Source of the DNA: an uncultured Candidatus Saccharibacteria bacterium | Lineage (GTDB): Bacteria; Patescibacteriota; Saccharimonadia; Saccharimonadales; EFPC-124 | Length of the DNA: 56,537 nt | Direction: 5' to 3' | Assembly: GCA_964550035.1 (NCBI GenBank) | Contig: CAZJVU010000007.1 | Coordinates: forward strand, 1 to 56,537 | Shown here: positions 25,823 through 34,515 of the stretch, piece by piece | Position numbering within the stretch: position 1 is the first letter of the stretch | How the letters are laid out: each line of letters opens with the position of its first letter | Program-made: the position numbers and the translations under genes | Notes under the pieces: model-generated | What the model was told of the DNA's origin: nothing | The model's database searches: none | What the model saw: the letters and a program-made list of their open reading frames with translations, nothing else

Positions 25823-26122
25823 ATGAGCATTACCGATTTACAGCAGTGGGTAGCCGAAGACTGGCGCCGCCGCTCAAAACACCAACCAGCAGTGGAGCTG
25901 CAGCTTCTCTATATCCTCGAGGAGCTCGGCGAGGTAGCGGAGGCGATACGCAAACGGGGCGGCAAGAAAGATCGCAAACTCACAGAGGTCGACCTCGGTT
26001 CGGAGATCGCGGATTTGGTGGTATCCATAACAACACTTGCCAATCATTTTGATATAAATATTGAGCAAGAGGTTGTAAAGTTTCAGGAGCGCATTATAAA
26101 ACGACATCAAGAAGGCTTCTAG
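25823..26122 (+). CDS. MazG-like nucleotide pyrophosphohydrolase
   Basis: LYILEELGEVAEAIRK and EIADLVVSITTLANHFDINIE (EExxE/D metal motifs). RBS GGAAGGAG. Confidence 0.75.
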   Translation: MSITDLQQWVAEDWRRRSKHQPAVELQLLYILEELGEVAEAIRKRGGKKDRKLTEVDLGSEIADLVVSITTLANHFDINIEQEVVKFQERIIKRHQEGF

Positions 26123-26140
26123 CCTTTAGCAAAGGGAATT

Positions 26141-26560
26141 ATGAAGATTTGTATTACAACGAGATTTAAAGGCGCTGAGAATAAGGAAGATATAGTAAAG
26201 CTCTGTGCTGCCGTGCGTGCGGCTGGTATGGAAGAGTTTAGCTTTATCAGAGACGTCGAAAACTATCAGAAGACTTTCGATGACCCCAAGAAGTTGTGGC
26301 AGAGAACAAAAGAAGAGATTAAAAAGTGTGATGCACTCCTGATCGACGTATCCGACCACCCAAGTGGGGGAAGGGTTATCGAGGCGGGAATCGCATTTGC
26401 ACTCGACATGCCGGTCGTCGTGCTAGCAAAAGAAGGCCTAGACTACAAAGATATCTACGATGGCATTGGCGCGCGTATCATTCGGTACAACACGTACGAA
26501 GATATTACGAAAGGTCTTGTCAACTTCCTAGAAGAAGGATATACGGCGCAGTCCGAGTAA
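26141..26560 (+). CDS. Nucleoside 2-deoxyribosyltransferase-like protein
   Basis: Rossmann-like, 139 aa. CDALLIDVSDHPSGGRVIEAGIAFALDMPVVVL resembles NDT/DNPH1-type proteins. Confidence 0.6.
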   Translation: MKICITTRFKGAENKEDIVKLCAAVRAAGMEEFSFIRDVENYQKTFDDPKKLWQRTKEEIKKCDALLIDVSDHPSGGRVIEAGIAFALDMPVVVLAKEGLDYKDIYDGIGARIIRYNTYEDITKGLVNFLEEGYTAQSE

Positions 26561-26592
26561 AACTTGATTGTTTTTGCTACAATACATATATC

Positions 26593-27114
26593 ATGACGCA
26601 ACAGTTCGAGGGCCAGCACGATGACGAGGAGGTCAAGTTTATCTTTCGTCGGCACCCTGTAGCCATACGCAAGGCGTTCTACCTGTTGTTTATTCCATTC
26701 TTAATCTCGTCGCTACCAATACTGTTCTGGCCGGACAATATTAATTTGCTGTGGTTGGCGTTCGGCGGATTAGGCGTTGGCATCGTGTTGTTTTTTTATC
26801 ATTGGATTGGGTGGTACTTTAGTGTCTTTATTGTGACTAACTTTCGCCTCAGGCAGGTAACGCAGAAGGGGTTCTTTAATAAGAGTGTGATAGATGTGGG
26901 CATATCGAAGATACAGAATATCAGCTATAATGTACCTGGTTTTAGTGCGGCAGTGCTCGGCTACGGTACACTGGTGGTACAGACGTATGTCGGTGATCTA
27001 GTGCTCGATCGCATTCAACATCCGGGTAAGATTTACAACGAATTGCAAAAGGTTGTCCACGGCTCAGCCGGCGACGAAGGGTTAATGCCAGACTATGAAG
27101 AAGATACTCCATAA
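26593..27114 (+). CDS. Membrane-flanked PH-domain protein (YdbS/YdbT-like)
   Basis: FIFRRHP start, two TM helices, then a bacterial PH-like domain. Confidence 0.6.
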   Translation: MTQQFEGQHDDEEVKFIFRRHPVAIRKAFYLLFIPFLISSLPILFWPDNINLLWLAFGGLGVGIVLFFYHWIGWYFSVFIVTNFRLRQVTQKGFFNKSVIDVGISKIQNISYNVPGFSAAVLGYGTLVVQTYVGDLVLDRIQHPGKIYNELQKVVHGSAGDEGLMPDYEEDTP

Positions 27115-28162
27115 AATGCGCAAACGAAACAAGAAAGCACCGATGGTTGCCGAGCAGCCTTCCTCGATGCGTATAACGAATGAGACGGTTGCTGAACATC
27201 GTGAACGAATCCTGGCAGGGGGTCGAAAGTTCAAGTACCCGCTGCAGACGCCGAAGCACCGCATCGTCTTAGTGACTGTTCTGTTGGTTGTGTTTGCGGT
27301 CGTCGCATTCTTTGGCATTTTTACCTGGAGCCTCTACGCCGCTCAGAACACGAGCCAGTTTACGCAGCGCCTCACGCAGGTCTTGCCATATCCGGTTGCC
27401 CAAGTCGACGGCAAGCAAGTACGTTTTAGTAATTATCTCCTCGAGCTCCGAAGCGCCCTTCATTATCTATCGACGAAGGAGAATGTTAACTTCAACTCCG
27501 AAGATGGCAAGCGACAGCTCGAATACCAAAAACGCCTGGCACTCAATAAGGCAATCGAAAACGCCTACATCGAAAAGATCGCCGCTGAACGAAAGATTTC
27601 GGTCAGCGACAAAGAAGTTGATGCTTTTGTAAAGCAAGAGATCAACAACAACCAGCTCGGTGTGAGTGAGCCCGTATTTCGACAGGTCATACGCGACTAC
27701 TATGACTGGTCATTTGATGAGTATAGGAGTTCTGTTAAGAGCCAGCTCCTCCGCAAAAAGGTCGTAGCTCAGCTTGATACGGCCGGCCGTCAGCGCGTGG
27801 AAGCCGCGCTGCGCGAGGTGTTAGGGGGGAAGGACTTTGCCGAAGAAGTGAAGGCTGTCTCGGATGATCCTCTGAAGGCTAACGGAGGCGATGTTGGGAC
27901 AATTTCCAAAAACTCTGACGACCCCAATGGTCTCATTGCAACCGCAAAAACTATGCAGCCCGGGGCTGTCTCTGGTGTGATTGAGGGAGCAGATGGCTTT
28001 TACCTGGTGAAGCTGATTGAGTCCAAGGATAATACTATTCACTTCCTGAAGCTCTTCGTCGCGTACACAGCATTTGACAAGCAATTCGCTCAGCTCAAGA
28101 ACGACCACAAGATCCAAGAGTACATCAAGGTGGCAGAAGCAGCGAATCCGAGTAATCAGTAG
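27095..28162 (+). CDS. PpiC/parvulin-type peptidyl-prolyl isomerase (PrsA/SurA-like), membrane anchored
   Basis: N-terminal TM, chaperone-like region, and parvulin domain (GGDVGTISKNS..GFYLVKLIESKD). Confidence 0.75.
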   Translation: MKKILHKMRKRNKKAPMVAEQPSSMRITNETVAEHRERILAGGRKFKYPLQTPKHRIVLVTVLLVVFAVVAFFGIFTWSLYAAQNTSQFTQRLTQVLPYPVAQVDGKQVRFSNYLLELRSALHYLSTKENVNFNSEDGKRQLEYQKRLALNKAIENAYIEKIAAERKISVSDKEVDAFVKQEINNNQLGVSEPVFRQVIRDYYDWSFDEYRSSVKSQLLRKKVVAQLDTAGRQRVEAALREVLGGKDFAEEVKAVSDDPLKANGGDVGTISKNSDDPNGLIATAKTMQPGAVSGVIEGADGFYLVKLIESKDNTIHFLKLFVAYTAFDKQFAQLKNDHKIQEYIKVAEAANPSNQ

Positions 28163-28184
28163 GGCACGAGCTTAGTTGTGTCGC

Positions 28185-28219
28185 CGCGGGCGCGGCCTCG
28201 GTGAGAGGTCGCGCCCGCG
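28185..28219. terminator. GC hairpin between the convergent ppiC-like and macro genes, apex CTCGGTGAG
   Basis: CGCGGGCGCG / CGCGCCCGCG, a 10-bp stem. Confidence 0.6.
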
Positions 28220-28234
28220 AGCGGTTGAGCGTGC

Positions 28235-28759
28235 TCAGCCCCGAGTCTCCTCGAGTCGTCGCCTTAGAAGGCCGGCCATCTGAGAGCCGGGGCGAATGAC
28301 GAACCGAACCGAGACGACCGAGCGAGGATGGCCCGTCTCGAACTCCTTTACCGCTTGGCAGAGATGTTGGACGGCCACCTGGGCGTTTGCCTCCACCCTT
28401 CCGATCGCCATGCCCGTGCGGATTGCTGGCAGAGTGACCCGGCGAAGGCCAGCGGCATCGGCAGCGCGCAGTGCGATCAGCACCAGCTTTCGGAGGGGAA
28501 GTTCCAGGTCGTCCACGACGAACAGTACGTTCCTGAATTGGCCGTTGTGCTGGCCGGCTGCGCTCGTGGCCAGCACGGTTTGCCCGTCTTTGAGCGGTGC
28601 GGCTTGTGCCGCCTGTTGGTGGAACAAGGGGCCAGCCACTCGAGCGATCGCACCATCGATTCCGCCCAGCCAATTGCCGCCCGAGTTGATGGCGGTGATC
28701 AGCGCGTCGGCGGGTTCCTGCGTGATGTCGCCCTCGATAACCACGACAGAGAATCCCAT
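28235..28759 (-). CDS. Stand-alone macro-domain protein (ADP-ribose binding/hydrolase), GC-rich
   Basis: VVIEGDITQEPADALITAINSGGNWLGGIDGAIARVAG matches the macro-domain N-terminal signature. Two shadow ORFs overlap it. Confidence 0.8.
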   Translation of the reverse strand: MGFSVVVIEGDITQEPADALITAINSGGNWLGGIDGAIARVAGPLFHQQAAQAAPLKDGQTVLATSAAGQHNGQFRNVLFVVDDLELPLRKLVLIALRAADAAGLRRVTLPAIRTGMAIGRVEANAQVAVQHLCQAVKEFETGHPRSVVSVRFVIRPGSQMAGLLRRRLEETRG

Positions 28760-28842
28760 GGTTCAACACCTCTTTCGTCCGTTCGTAAGCTCGGTTTGCT
28801 TACGAGCACGATCGTATTATACGGATTCCTTGAGCATTGATG

Positions 28843-29214
28843 CTACTTACGCTTGGCTTTTCTTTGGACTCTCTTTTTCTTCTTTTCGAGATTCTGATCG
28901 CTGTCGTCCTCGGCCTCTACGAGATTACTCTCTGTGATATCCAGCTTCTTCATAATGGTATCGAGTTTGATATTGAAGGCCATATTATCCCGGTTTTGCG
29001 TATTCTGAATGATGAACACCATCAAGAAGGTTATGATCGTCGTCGTAGTATTCACAATAAGCTGCCACGTATCCGAGAACCCCAGAAGCAGCCCGCACAC
29101 TGCCCATACAATCAAAAGTGTCAGAGCTGCCACGAATATCCATGCGTGACCGAGGATAGTTGAGATCTTGCTAGTAAATTTATTGAAGATATCGAGTTTA
29201 CTTTTCTTGCTCAT
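28843..29214 (-). CDS. Low-affinity iron permease family protein
   Basis: FSDTWQLIVNTTTTIITFLMVFIIQNTQNRD is characteristic of this family. ATG 29214 chosen. Confidence 0.7.
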   Translation of the reverse strand: MSKKSKLDIFNKFTSKISTILGHAWIFVAALTLLIVWAVCGLLLGFSDTWQLIVNTTTTIITFLMVFIIQNTQNRDNMAFNIKLDTIMKKLDITESNLVEAEDDSDQNLEKKKKRVQRKAKRK

Positions 29215-29234
29215 AGTCACACTCCTCGAAATGT

Positions 29235-29945
29235 TTAACGGTATTCTGGATTCTCGAAGTCGAATCGTGTACCAGCGTCCCACTTTGTACGCTGATTACC
29301 GTACGCCGGAAAGCCACCCGCCTGGCGGAGCATATGCGCGAGATGCATGAGGTTCCATGTCATGAAGGTAACGTTGCGATTGGTGAAGTCATTGTCGAGT
29401 CCTGCGCCATCTTCACCGTAGCTTGGGCCAGGTCCAGCTTCGCCTACCCAGTAAGTGTCTGCCTGGGGCGGAATAGTGTAGCCGAGGTGCTGAAGGCTGT
29501 AGAGGATATTCATAGCGCAATGCTTGCCACCGTCTTCATTACCGGTGATCAGGCAGCCGCCAGCCTTTCCGTAATATGCGTATTGCCCTTTATCGTTGAG
29601 TAGGGAAGAGCAGGCATAGAGCCGCTCGATGATTTTCTTGGTCTCAGAGCTGTTGTCACCAAGCCAGATAGGGCCTGCGATAACAAGAATGTCCGCGTCT
29701 TGCACCTTCTTGTAGATTTCTGGCCACTCGTCGGTTTTCCAGCCCTTTTCTCGCATATCGGGATAGACGCCTGTTGCGATGTCATGGTCGACCTGGCGGA
29801 TAACCTCGGTCTTTACGCCATGCTTCTCCATGATGTCGGTGCTGAGCTTGATAAGTCGTTCGGTATGGCTCGGCGAGGGTGACTTAGTAAGCGTGCCGTT
29901 AAAGATAAGTGCCTTAAGCCCTGAGAAATCGTAGTGTGTGTCCAT
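29235..29945 (-). CDS. Flavodoxin-like NAD(P)H-dependent FMN reductase
   Basis: ALIFNGTLTKSPSPSHT and ADILVIAGPIWLGDNSS. ATG 29945 chosen. Confidence 0.78.
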   Translation of the reverse strand: MDTHYDFSGLKALIFNGTLTKSPSPSHTERLIKLSTDIMEKHGVKTEVIRQVDHDIATGVYPDMREKGWKTDEWPEIYKKVQDADILVIAGPIWLGDNSSETKKIIERLYACSSLLNDKGQYAYYGKAGGCLITGNEDGGKHCAMNILYSLQHLGYTIPPQADTYWVGEAGPGPSYGEDGAGLDNDFTNRNVTFMTWNLMHLAHMLRQAGGFPAYGNQRTKWDAGTRFDFENPEYR

Positions 29946-29976
29946 ATTACCTCCGTTACTCTCAGTGTAGCATAGC

Positions 29977-30993
29977 CTAGATGGGGGCGCCCGCTCGCAG
30001 CTGCTCCTCATGTTTAATGAGGCTGCGGACTCCAATATAGAACAACAGCGTTACAACAAAGCCTGGCAGTGCAGAGAATTGGTCATGATAAAAACTAAAG
30101 AATTGCGTCACAAAAATGTTCATGAGAAGTGCTATAGAGAAGAGACGGTAGCGCTTCAACCGATTTCTACGCCATACAATACTCGCGAACACGACAAGTG
30201 CTGGCGGAATGGCGGCACTAGCAAGCTCGATATACGATTCAATATTGATACGCTCATAGACTAGTTCCTGGATAAATAGCAGAACGATAATGCCGAAGAA
30301 TAGAATCGAATGGATAAAGAACGCCCAGTTAAACCACTTCGCCCCTCGAGGGTGGGCGATAATACGCTCATATATCTCTTGGGTAAGAGATGCAAGGCGG
30401 TGCGTCTGAGAGCTAGTGCGAATGAGAGGACTCGTCTGCCGCAGAACACCGGTGAGGGCAGGAACAAGCGGATGAGATTGATCTGCCTCGGCAAGATAGT
30501 GGAGGGCCTGCTGACGCTCCGACTCATCAAGGTTATGAATAGTTGCCTCTTGAGTGAGCGACAGCGCGTTGAGGAGGTACTCTTGCTGTGACAGGCGCCG
30601 CTTCTGCGACAATAGCCGTATCACGATGAACAAGATGACAAACGTGAGGTAGATGAGACCGATTGCGGGGCGGTAGAAGTAATTATTGTCTCGAGTAATA
30701 AACTTGCCCAGCTCATCAATAAAGAGCCCAAAACCAATACCGCCGAGCACACTGGCGAGGCGGCGTGCCTTGGAGCCCAAGAAGGTAAGAAACACCACTA
30801 TGGCGATCAGCATAAAGAACCCGCCCCACAGCACGTGCGCAATATGCAGGTGCAGCCCACCAATAGTGGGGAAGCCAGTAAGATGCAACCACGCTCGCGT
30901 CAGCAAAACGCCAGAAATCGCCGCCACAAAAAATAGTTCGAGTAGCTCACCGGCTCGCGCATTTCGGTAAAAGTGGGGGAATTGTACGGTCAT
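29977..30993 (-). CDS. Polytopic membrane protein, unknown function
   Basis: 338-aa ORF with about 8 hydrophobic segments. Confidence 0.6.
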   Translation of the reverse strand: MTVQFPHFYRNARAGELLELFFVAAISGVLLTRAWLHLTGFPTIGGLHLHIAHVLWGGFFMLIAIVVFLTFLGSKARRLASVLGGIGFGLFIDELGKFITRDNNYFYRPAIGLIYLTFVILFIVIRLLSQKRRLSQQEYLLNALSLTQEATIHNLDESERQQALHYLAEADQSHPLVPALTGVLRQTSPLIRTSSQTHRLASLTQEIYERIIAHPRGAKWFNWAFFIHSILFFGIIVLLFIQELVYERINIESYIELASAAIPPALVVFASIVWRRNRLKRYRLFSIALLMNIFVTQFFSFYHDQFSALPGFVVTLLFYIGVRSLIKHEEQLRAGAPI

Positions 30994-31086
30994 CTTTGCT
31001 CTATATAGTAGCAGAACTAGACAGTCTACTCACCAGTTGGCTGCCACGAAAAATGCGCCACCGCTAAAAGGGTGACGCACTTTTCG

Positions 31087-31164
31087 TGGCGGGCCCGACC
31101 GGATTCGAACCGGCGATCTCCTCCGTGACAGGGAGGCGTGATAGGCCAACTTCACTACGAGCCC
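31087..31164 (-). tRNA. tRNA-Asp (anticodon GUC)
   Basis: Reverse complement folds as GGGCUCG..CUGUCAC..GCCGG-UUCGAAU-CCGGU..CGGGCCC-G-CCA. Confidence 0.9.
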
Positions 31165-31272
31165 ACGTTTATTGACTTGAGTAAGTGTAACAATTTTTGT
31201 GTTATCTGACAAGTGTTTATAAGGGGTGGTATTGTCCATGCGGTCTTTGCTATAATGACCTCTGTCGTATGT

Positions 31273-31349
31273 GCCATCTTAGCTCAGCTGGCTAGAGCAC
31301 CGCTTTCGTAAAGCGGGGGTCCGGGGTTCGAGTCCCCGAGATGGCTCCA
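31273..31349 (+). tRNA. tRNA-Thr (anticodon CGU)
   Basis: GCCAUCU..UUCGUAA..CGGGG-UUCGAGU-CCCCG-AGAUGGC-U-CCA. A TGCTATAAT promoter lies upstream. Confidence 0.9.
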
Positions 31350-31363
31350 TATAGAGACAGTTT

Positions 31364-31437
31364 GCGAGATTAGTATAGTGGTAGTACGCTTGCTTCCCAA
31401 GCAAGAAGTGCGAGTTCGATTCTCGCATCTCGCACCA
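31364..31437 (+). tRNA. tRNA-Gly (anticodon CCC)
   Basis: GCGAGAU..UUCCCAA..GCGAG-UUCGAUU-CUCGC-AUCUCGC-A-CCA. Confidence 0.9.
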
Positions 31438-31501
31438 AGGGTGCGCGTGCATCGCTTGTCGATTTCCGCTATACTTCTAGTGACAGGCATTCAAGAAATC
31501 T

Positions 31502-31873
31502 ATGTTCAAAAAAAGAGAACTGATCCAATTTTCTCGTGACCGTATGGCCGTATCGCTACTGGCAGGTTTTTTGCTGAGTATGCTTATTCTCTTGGTTATG
31601 GCTATTCTGAACATCCACGTGAGCGATGTGCAGTTGCCAGTTCGTTTTTCGGGATATGGTTCCACGAGTATTTACCGTGACCGCTGGTATTCACTCCTGT
31701 CGTTTGGCCTGTTTGCGCTTCTGATGGGTGGTACGAATGCCTATCTGATTGTGAAGCTGCACAGTCTTCGCCGAGGCTTGTCGCTTGGGCTTGCGCTCGT
31801 GAGCCTGACTATTGGCATTGTGGCCTTGGTTGTCGCTGCTGCTGTATTCCGACTGGCGGAACTTTCTCTATGA
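31502..31873 (+). CDS. Small membrane protein
   Basis: 123 aa with three to four TM segments. Overlaps the start of the GT2 gene. Confidence 0.55.
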   Translation: MFKKRELIQFSRDRMAVSLLAGFLLSMLILLVMAILNIHVSDVQLPVRFSGYGSTSIYRDRWYSLLSFGLFALLMGGTNAYLIVKLHSLRRGLSLGLALVSLTIGIVALVVAAAVFRLAELSL

Positions 31874-33504
31874 GAGCGACTGAACTAGAGATCCCACTCG
31901 GCAAGCGTACTCGAAAATATCGGTTTTTCGAGATGCTGCCGGCGATCTTGAGCTATGGGCTGCTGCTCGTTCCCATTGCATTGAGCTTGATTGATCCGTT
32001 TATCGCGACAGTTTTTATCATCGGCTATATCATCATCTGGTTCGTAAAGGCAATTGGTATCGCATATCGCACTATTCAGGGCTATAGCCTTTTGCAGAAG
32101 GCGCAGCGTGTTGATTGGCTCACGCGCCTCAACGACCTCGGTAACACTGAGACTGCTATGCATGCCTACAACGAGGCGTCACACAAGGGTGAATGGCGCC
32201 ATCGGATTCACTACCAGAACATGCAGCTCGTCGCAGCTAACCCGAATGGCTATTTTCGTCCGTCTGAAGTTATCAACGCTGTCATCGTGCCATTTGTGAA
32301 GGAAGGCTGGGACGTCCTCGAGCCGACCATCGAATCGATCTTGCGTAGCCACTACGACTGCAAAAACAATATGATCATGGTATTCGCCTACGAAGGCCGT
32401 GCCGGTAAGTCCGCCGCCGATCTAGCCGAGAAGTTGGTTAAGAAGTACGGTGATAAGTTCTTCCATACCATCGTAACCGAGCACCCCGCTGGTCTACCAA
32501 ACGAGCTCATCGGTAAGGGTGGCAACATTAACTTTGCCGGTCGCGAACTCCTCAGATACCTCGAGGAGAAGAAGATCGACCCCGATAGAGTTGTCGTTAC
32601 GACGCTTGACGCCGACAATCGCCCGGACCCCTCGTACTTCGCCTATGTGGCCTACGAATACATTATGGCTGGCGAGCACCGCCGTCACTTGGCTTTTCAG
32701 CCGGTTGCTCTGTATATGAACAATATATGGGACGTGCCAGCGGCACAGCGTGTATTGGCGGTCGGCAACTCGTTCTGGACGATCATTAACTCACAGCGTC
32801 CTCACATGTTGCGCAACTTTTCATCTCACGCACAAGGGATGGGATCGCTTCTTGATACGAACTTCTGGAGTGCTCGTACGATCGTGGAAGATGGTCACCA
32901 GTACTGGCGAAGTTATTTTGCATATGATGGCGACTACGATGTCGTGCCAATTCATGTGCCAATCTACCAGGATGCTGTGCTATCGGATAGTTATTGGAAG
33001 ACAACTAAAGCACAGTTTACGCAGCTCCGTCGCTGGGCGTATGGTGCCTCAGATATCGCCTATGTCGCACACGTCGGACTCCGCAAGGATAGCAAAGTAC
33101 CATTTTGGGGCTTTATGGCGCGTTTCTGGCGACTCATCGATAGCCACGTAAGCTGGGCAACAGCTTCTATTATCATTGGTTTTGGGGCCTGGGCACCTCT
33201 GTTTTTGAGCAGAGAATCAAATCGTAGTATTATGGCGCACGAGCTGCCGCTTATCGCAAGTCAGCTTCAGCAGATCGCGCTTATTGGTCTATTTATTACG
33301 GTCTTCCTGACATTCAAGATGTTGCCGCCGCGTCCGGCGCGCTATAAGGCACATCGCAATCTCTTTATGCTCCTCCAGTGGGTGATCATGCCGATAACAA
33401 GTGTTTGTTATGGTTCGGCCGCTGCGTTTAACTCGCAGACTCGACTGCTCCTGGGCAAATATCTCGACAAGTTTGATGTTACCGAGAAGGCTGTCAAAAA
33501 ATAG
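31870..33504 (+). CDS. Membrane glycosyltransferase, family 2-like (processive type)
   Basis: VVTTLDADNRP, TIVEDGH, and QLRRWAYG (QxxRW), flanked by TM segments. Confidence 0.7.
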   Translation: MRATELEIPLGKRTRKYRFFEMLPAILSYGLLLVPIALSLIDPFIATVFIIGYIIIWFVKAIGIAYRTIQGYSLLQKAQRVDWLTRLNDLGNTETAMHAYNEASHKGEWRHRIHYQNMQLVAANPNGYFRPSEVINAVIVPFVKEGWDVLEPTIESILRSHYDCKNNMIMVFAYEGRAGKSAADLAEKLVKKYGDKFFHTIVTEHPAGLPNELIGKGGNINFAGRELLRYLEEKKIDPDRVVVTTLDADNRPDPSYFAYVAYEYIMAGEHRRHLAFQPVALYMNNIWDVPAAQRVLAVGNSFWTIINSQRPHMLRNFSSHAQGMGSLLDTNFWSARTIVEDGHQYWRSYFAYDGDYDVVPIHVPIYQDAVLSDSYWKTTKAQFTQLRRWAYGASDIAYVAHVGLRKDSKVPFWGFMARFWRLIDSHVSWATASIIIGFGAWAPLFLSRESNRSIMAHELPLIASQLQQIALIGLFITVFLTFKMLPPRPARYKAHRNLFMLLQWVIMPITSVCYGSAAAFNSQTRLLLGKYLDKFDVTEKAVKK

Positions 33505-33525
33505 TTCGACCCTCTAGGCTATTCG

Positions 33526-33972
33526 TCACTTAAGATACTTTTTGAGTGTTCGTGCGTCAAGCTCTGGTGAATAGCGAGTAAGGTATTTCACGAAGGCCGC
33601 CGTGTCGAAATGTTTGAGTGTTTCGAGCACAACGTGAATGATCTGTTTCTTTGTAACTGAGTTGTTCTCGCCGCTAGCTGTGCGGTATAATTTTTGTTCG
33701 ATAGAGTCAGCAAGCCAATACGCTGCCTCGCCGTGATCGGCGCGATGGTCACAAACGCTGAGGATGCTGAGCGTTAGCTTGGCGCGAGTGTATGGAGTAG
33801 TACGAGTGGCGATTCCGACGCGCAGAATGCTTTCTGGATCGGCATTTTCGCGCGTTGTGAATGATCGCCCGCATGCCTCACAGCGCCTTCGGCGCCAGGT
33901 GGCGTTTACTTTTGTGGTTTGACGGCTATTGTAAACCGCAGTTTTCTTGTGAAGACAAAATGGACATACCAT
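33526..33972 (-). CDS. nrdR: Transcriptional repressor NrdR
   Basis: Zn ribbon CPFC..CEAC followed by an ATP-cone. Confidence 0.88.
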   Translation of the reverse strand: MVCPFCLHKKTAVYNSRQTTKVNATWRRRRCEACGRSFTTRENADPESILRVGIATRTTPYTRAKLTLSILSVCDHRADHGEAAYWLADSIEQKLYRTASGENNSVTKKQIIHVVLETLKHFDTAAFVKYLTRYSPELDARTLKKYLK

Positions 33973-33987
33973 GACTATATATTGTCA
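33972..33987. promoter_or_regulatory. NrdR-box-like palindrome abutting the nrdR start codon
   Basis: TGACTATATATTGTCA. The core CTATATATTG fits the published NrdR-box core CwAtATaTwG. Confidence 0.5.
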
Positions 33988-34101
33988 TTTCGCTATAGAA
34001 AAATCTAGTGGAAAAGCATGAGGATAATGGGGAAAAACTAAAGGACCCCTGTTGATGGGGTCCTGGATAGTCTCCTTTATAGGGGAGTAGGGCTCGAAGC
34101 G

Positions 34102-34263
34102 TTACCGCTTGGTAGCCACATTCCGGGTGGGCCGTTTGACCGGCTTGGCCTGAGAGTTTACGACGACGCGGCTGTCGTCTGTGTGCTCGAAAAAGAGTTT
34201 AAATTTTTCGAGTGCTGATTTGTCTACCGATATGTTTTGATTGGGTGTTTGTGTCTTATCCAT
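34102..34263 (-). CDS. Possible small ORF (53 aa)
   Basis: MDKTQTPNQNISVDKSALEKFKLFFEHTDDSRVVVNSQAKPVKRPTRNVATKR. It is followed by the hairpin GGACCCC-tgttga-TGGGGTCC (34043-34066) and has no clear RBS. Confidence 0.25.
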   Translation of the reverse strand: MDKTQTPNQNISVDKSALEKFKLFFEHTDDSRVVVNSQAKPVKRPTRNVATKR

Positions 34264-34515
34264 GACACAGTCATAATAGCATAAGCATTACAAAAAAGCA
34301 AGAGCAGGGTATGTATTGACGAAATATCAGAGTATTGTTTAGATAACTAACTCGTTCTGCATGCTATGATGTCGAGTTTCGGGGGATGTATTAGTAGGTA
34401 TACCATATGCGATATGAATTCATGTGAGGGCCAACAAAAAACACGTGGAAAACTAGTGGAATCTGTGGGTAAACAAATAGCTCCAGAAAGGAGCTCTTTG
34501 CCGAAAATAAGTTCA

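Noticed and set aside
25648-25830. Minus-strand 60-aa ORF
   Set aside because: It is a low-complexity AT-rich frame that overlaps the MazG-like start and promoter region and has no RBS. It is of interest only because its 3' end coincides with repeat copy Y.
28125-28937. ORFs 28125-28769, 28296-28937 and 28328-28840
   Set aside because: These are Arg/Pro/Gly-rich shadow frames over the macro-domain gene. Only the macro-domain frame gives a recognisable fold signature.
31030-31239. Minus-strand 69-aa ORF
   Set aside because: It overlaps tRNA-Asp entirely.
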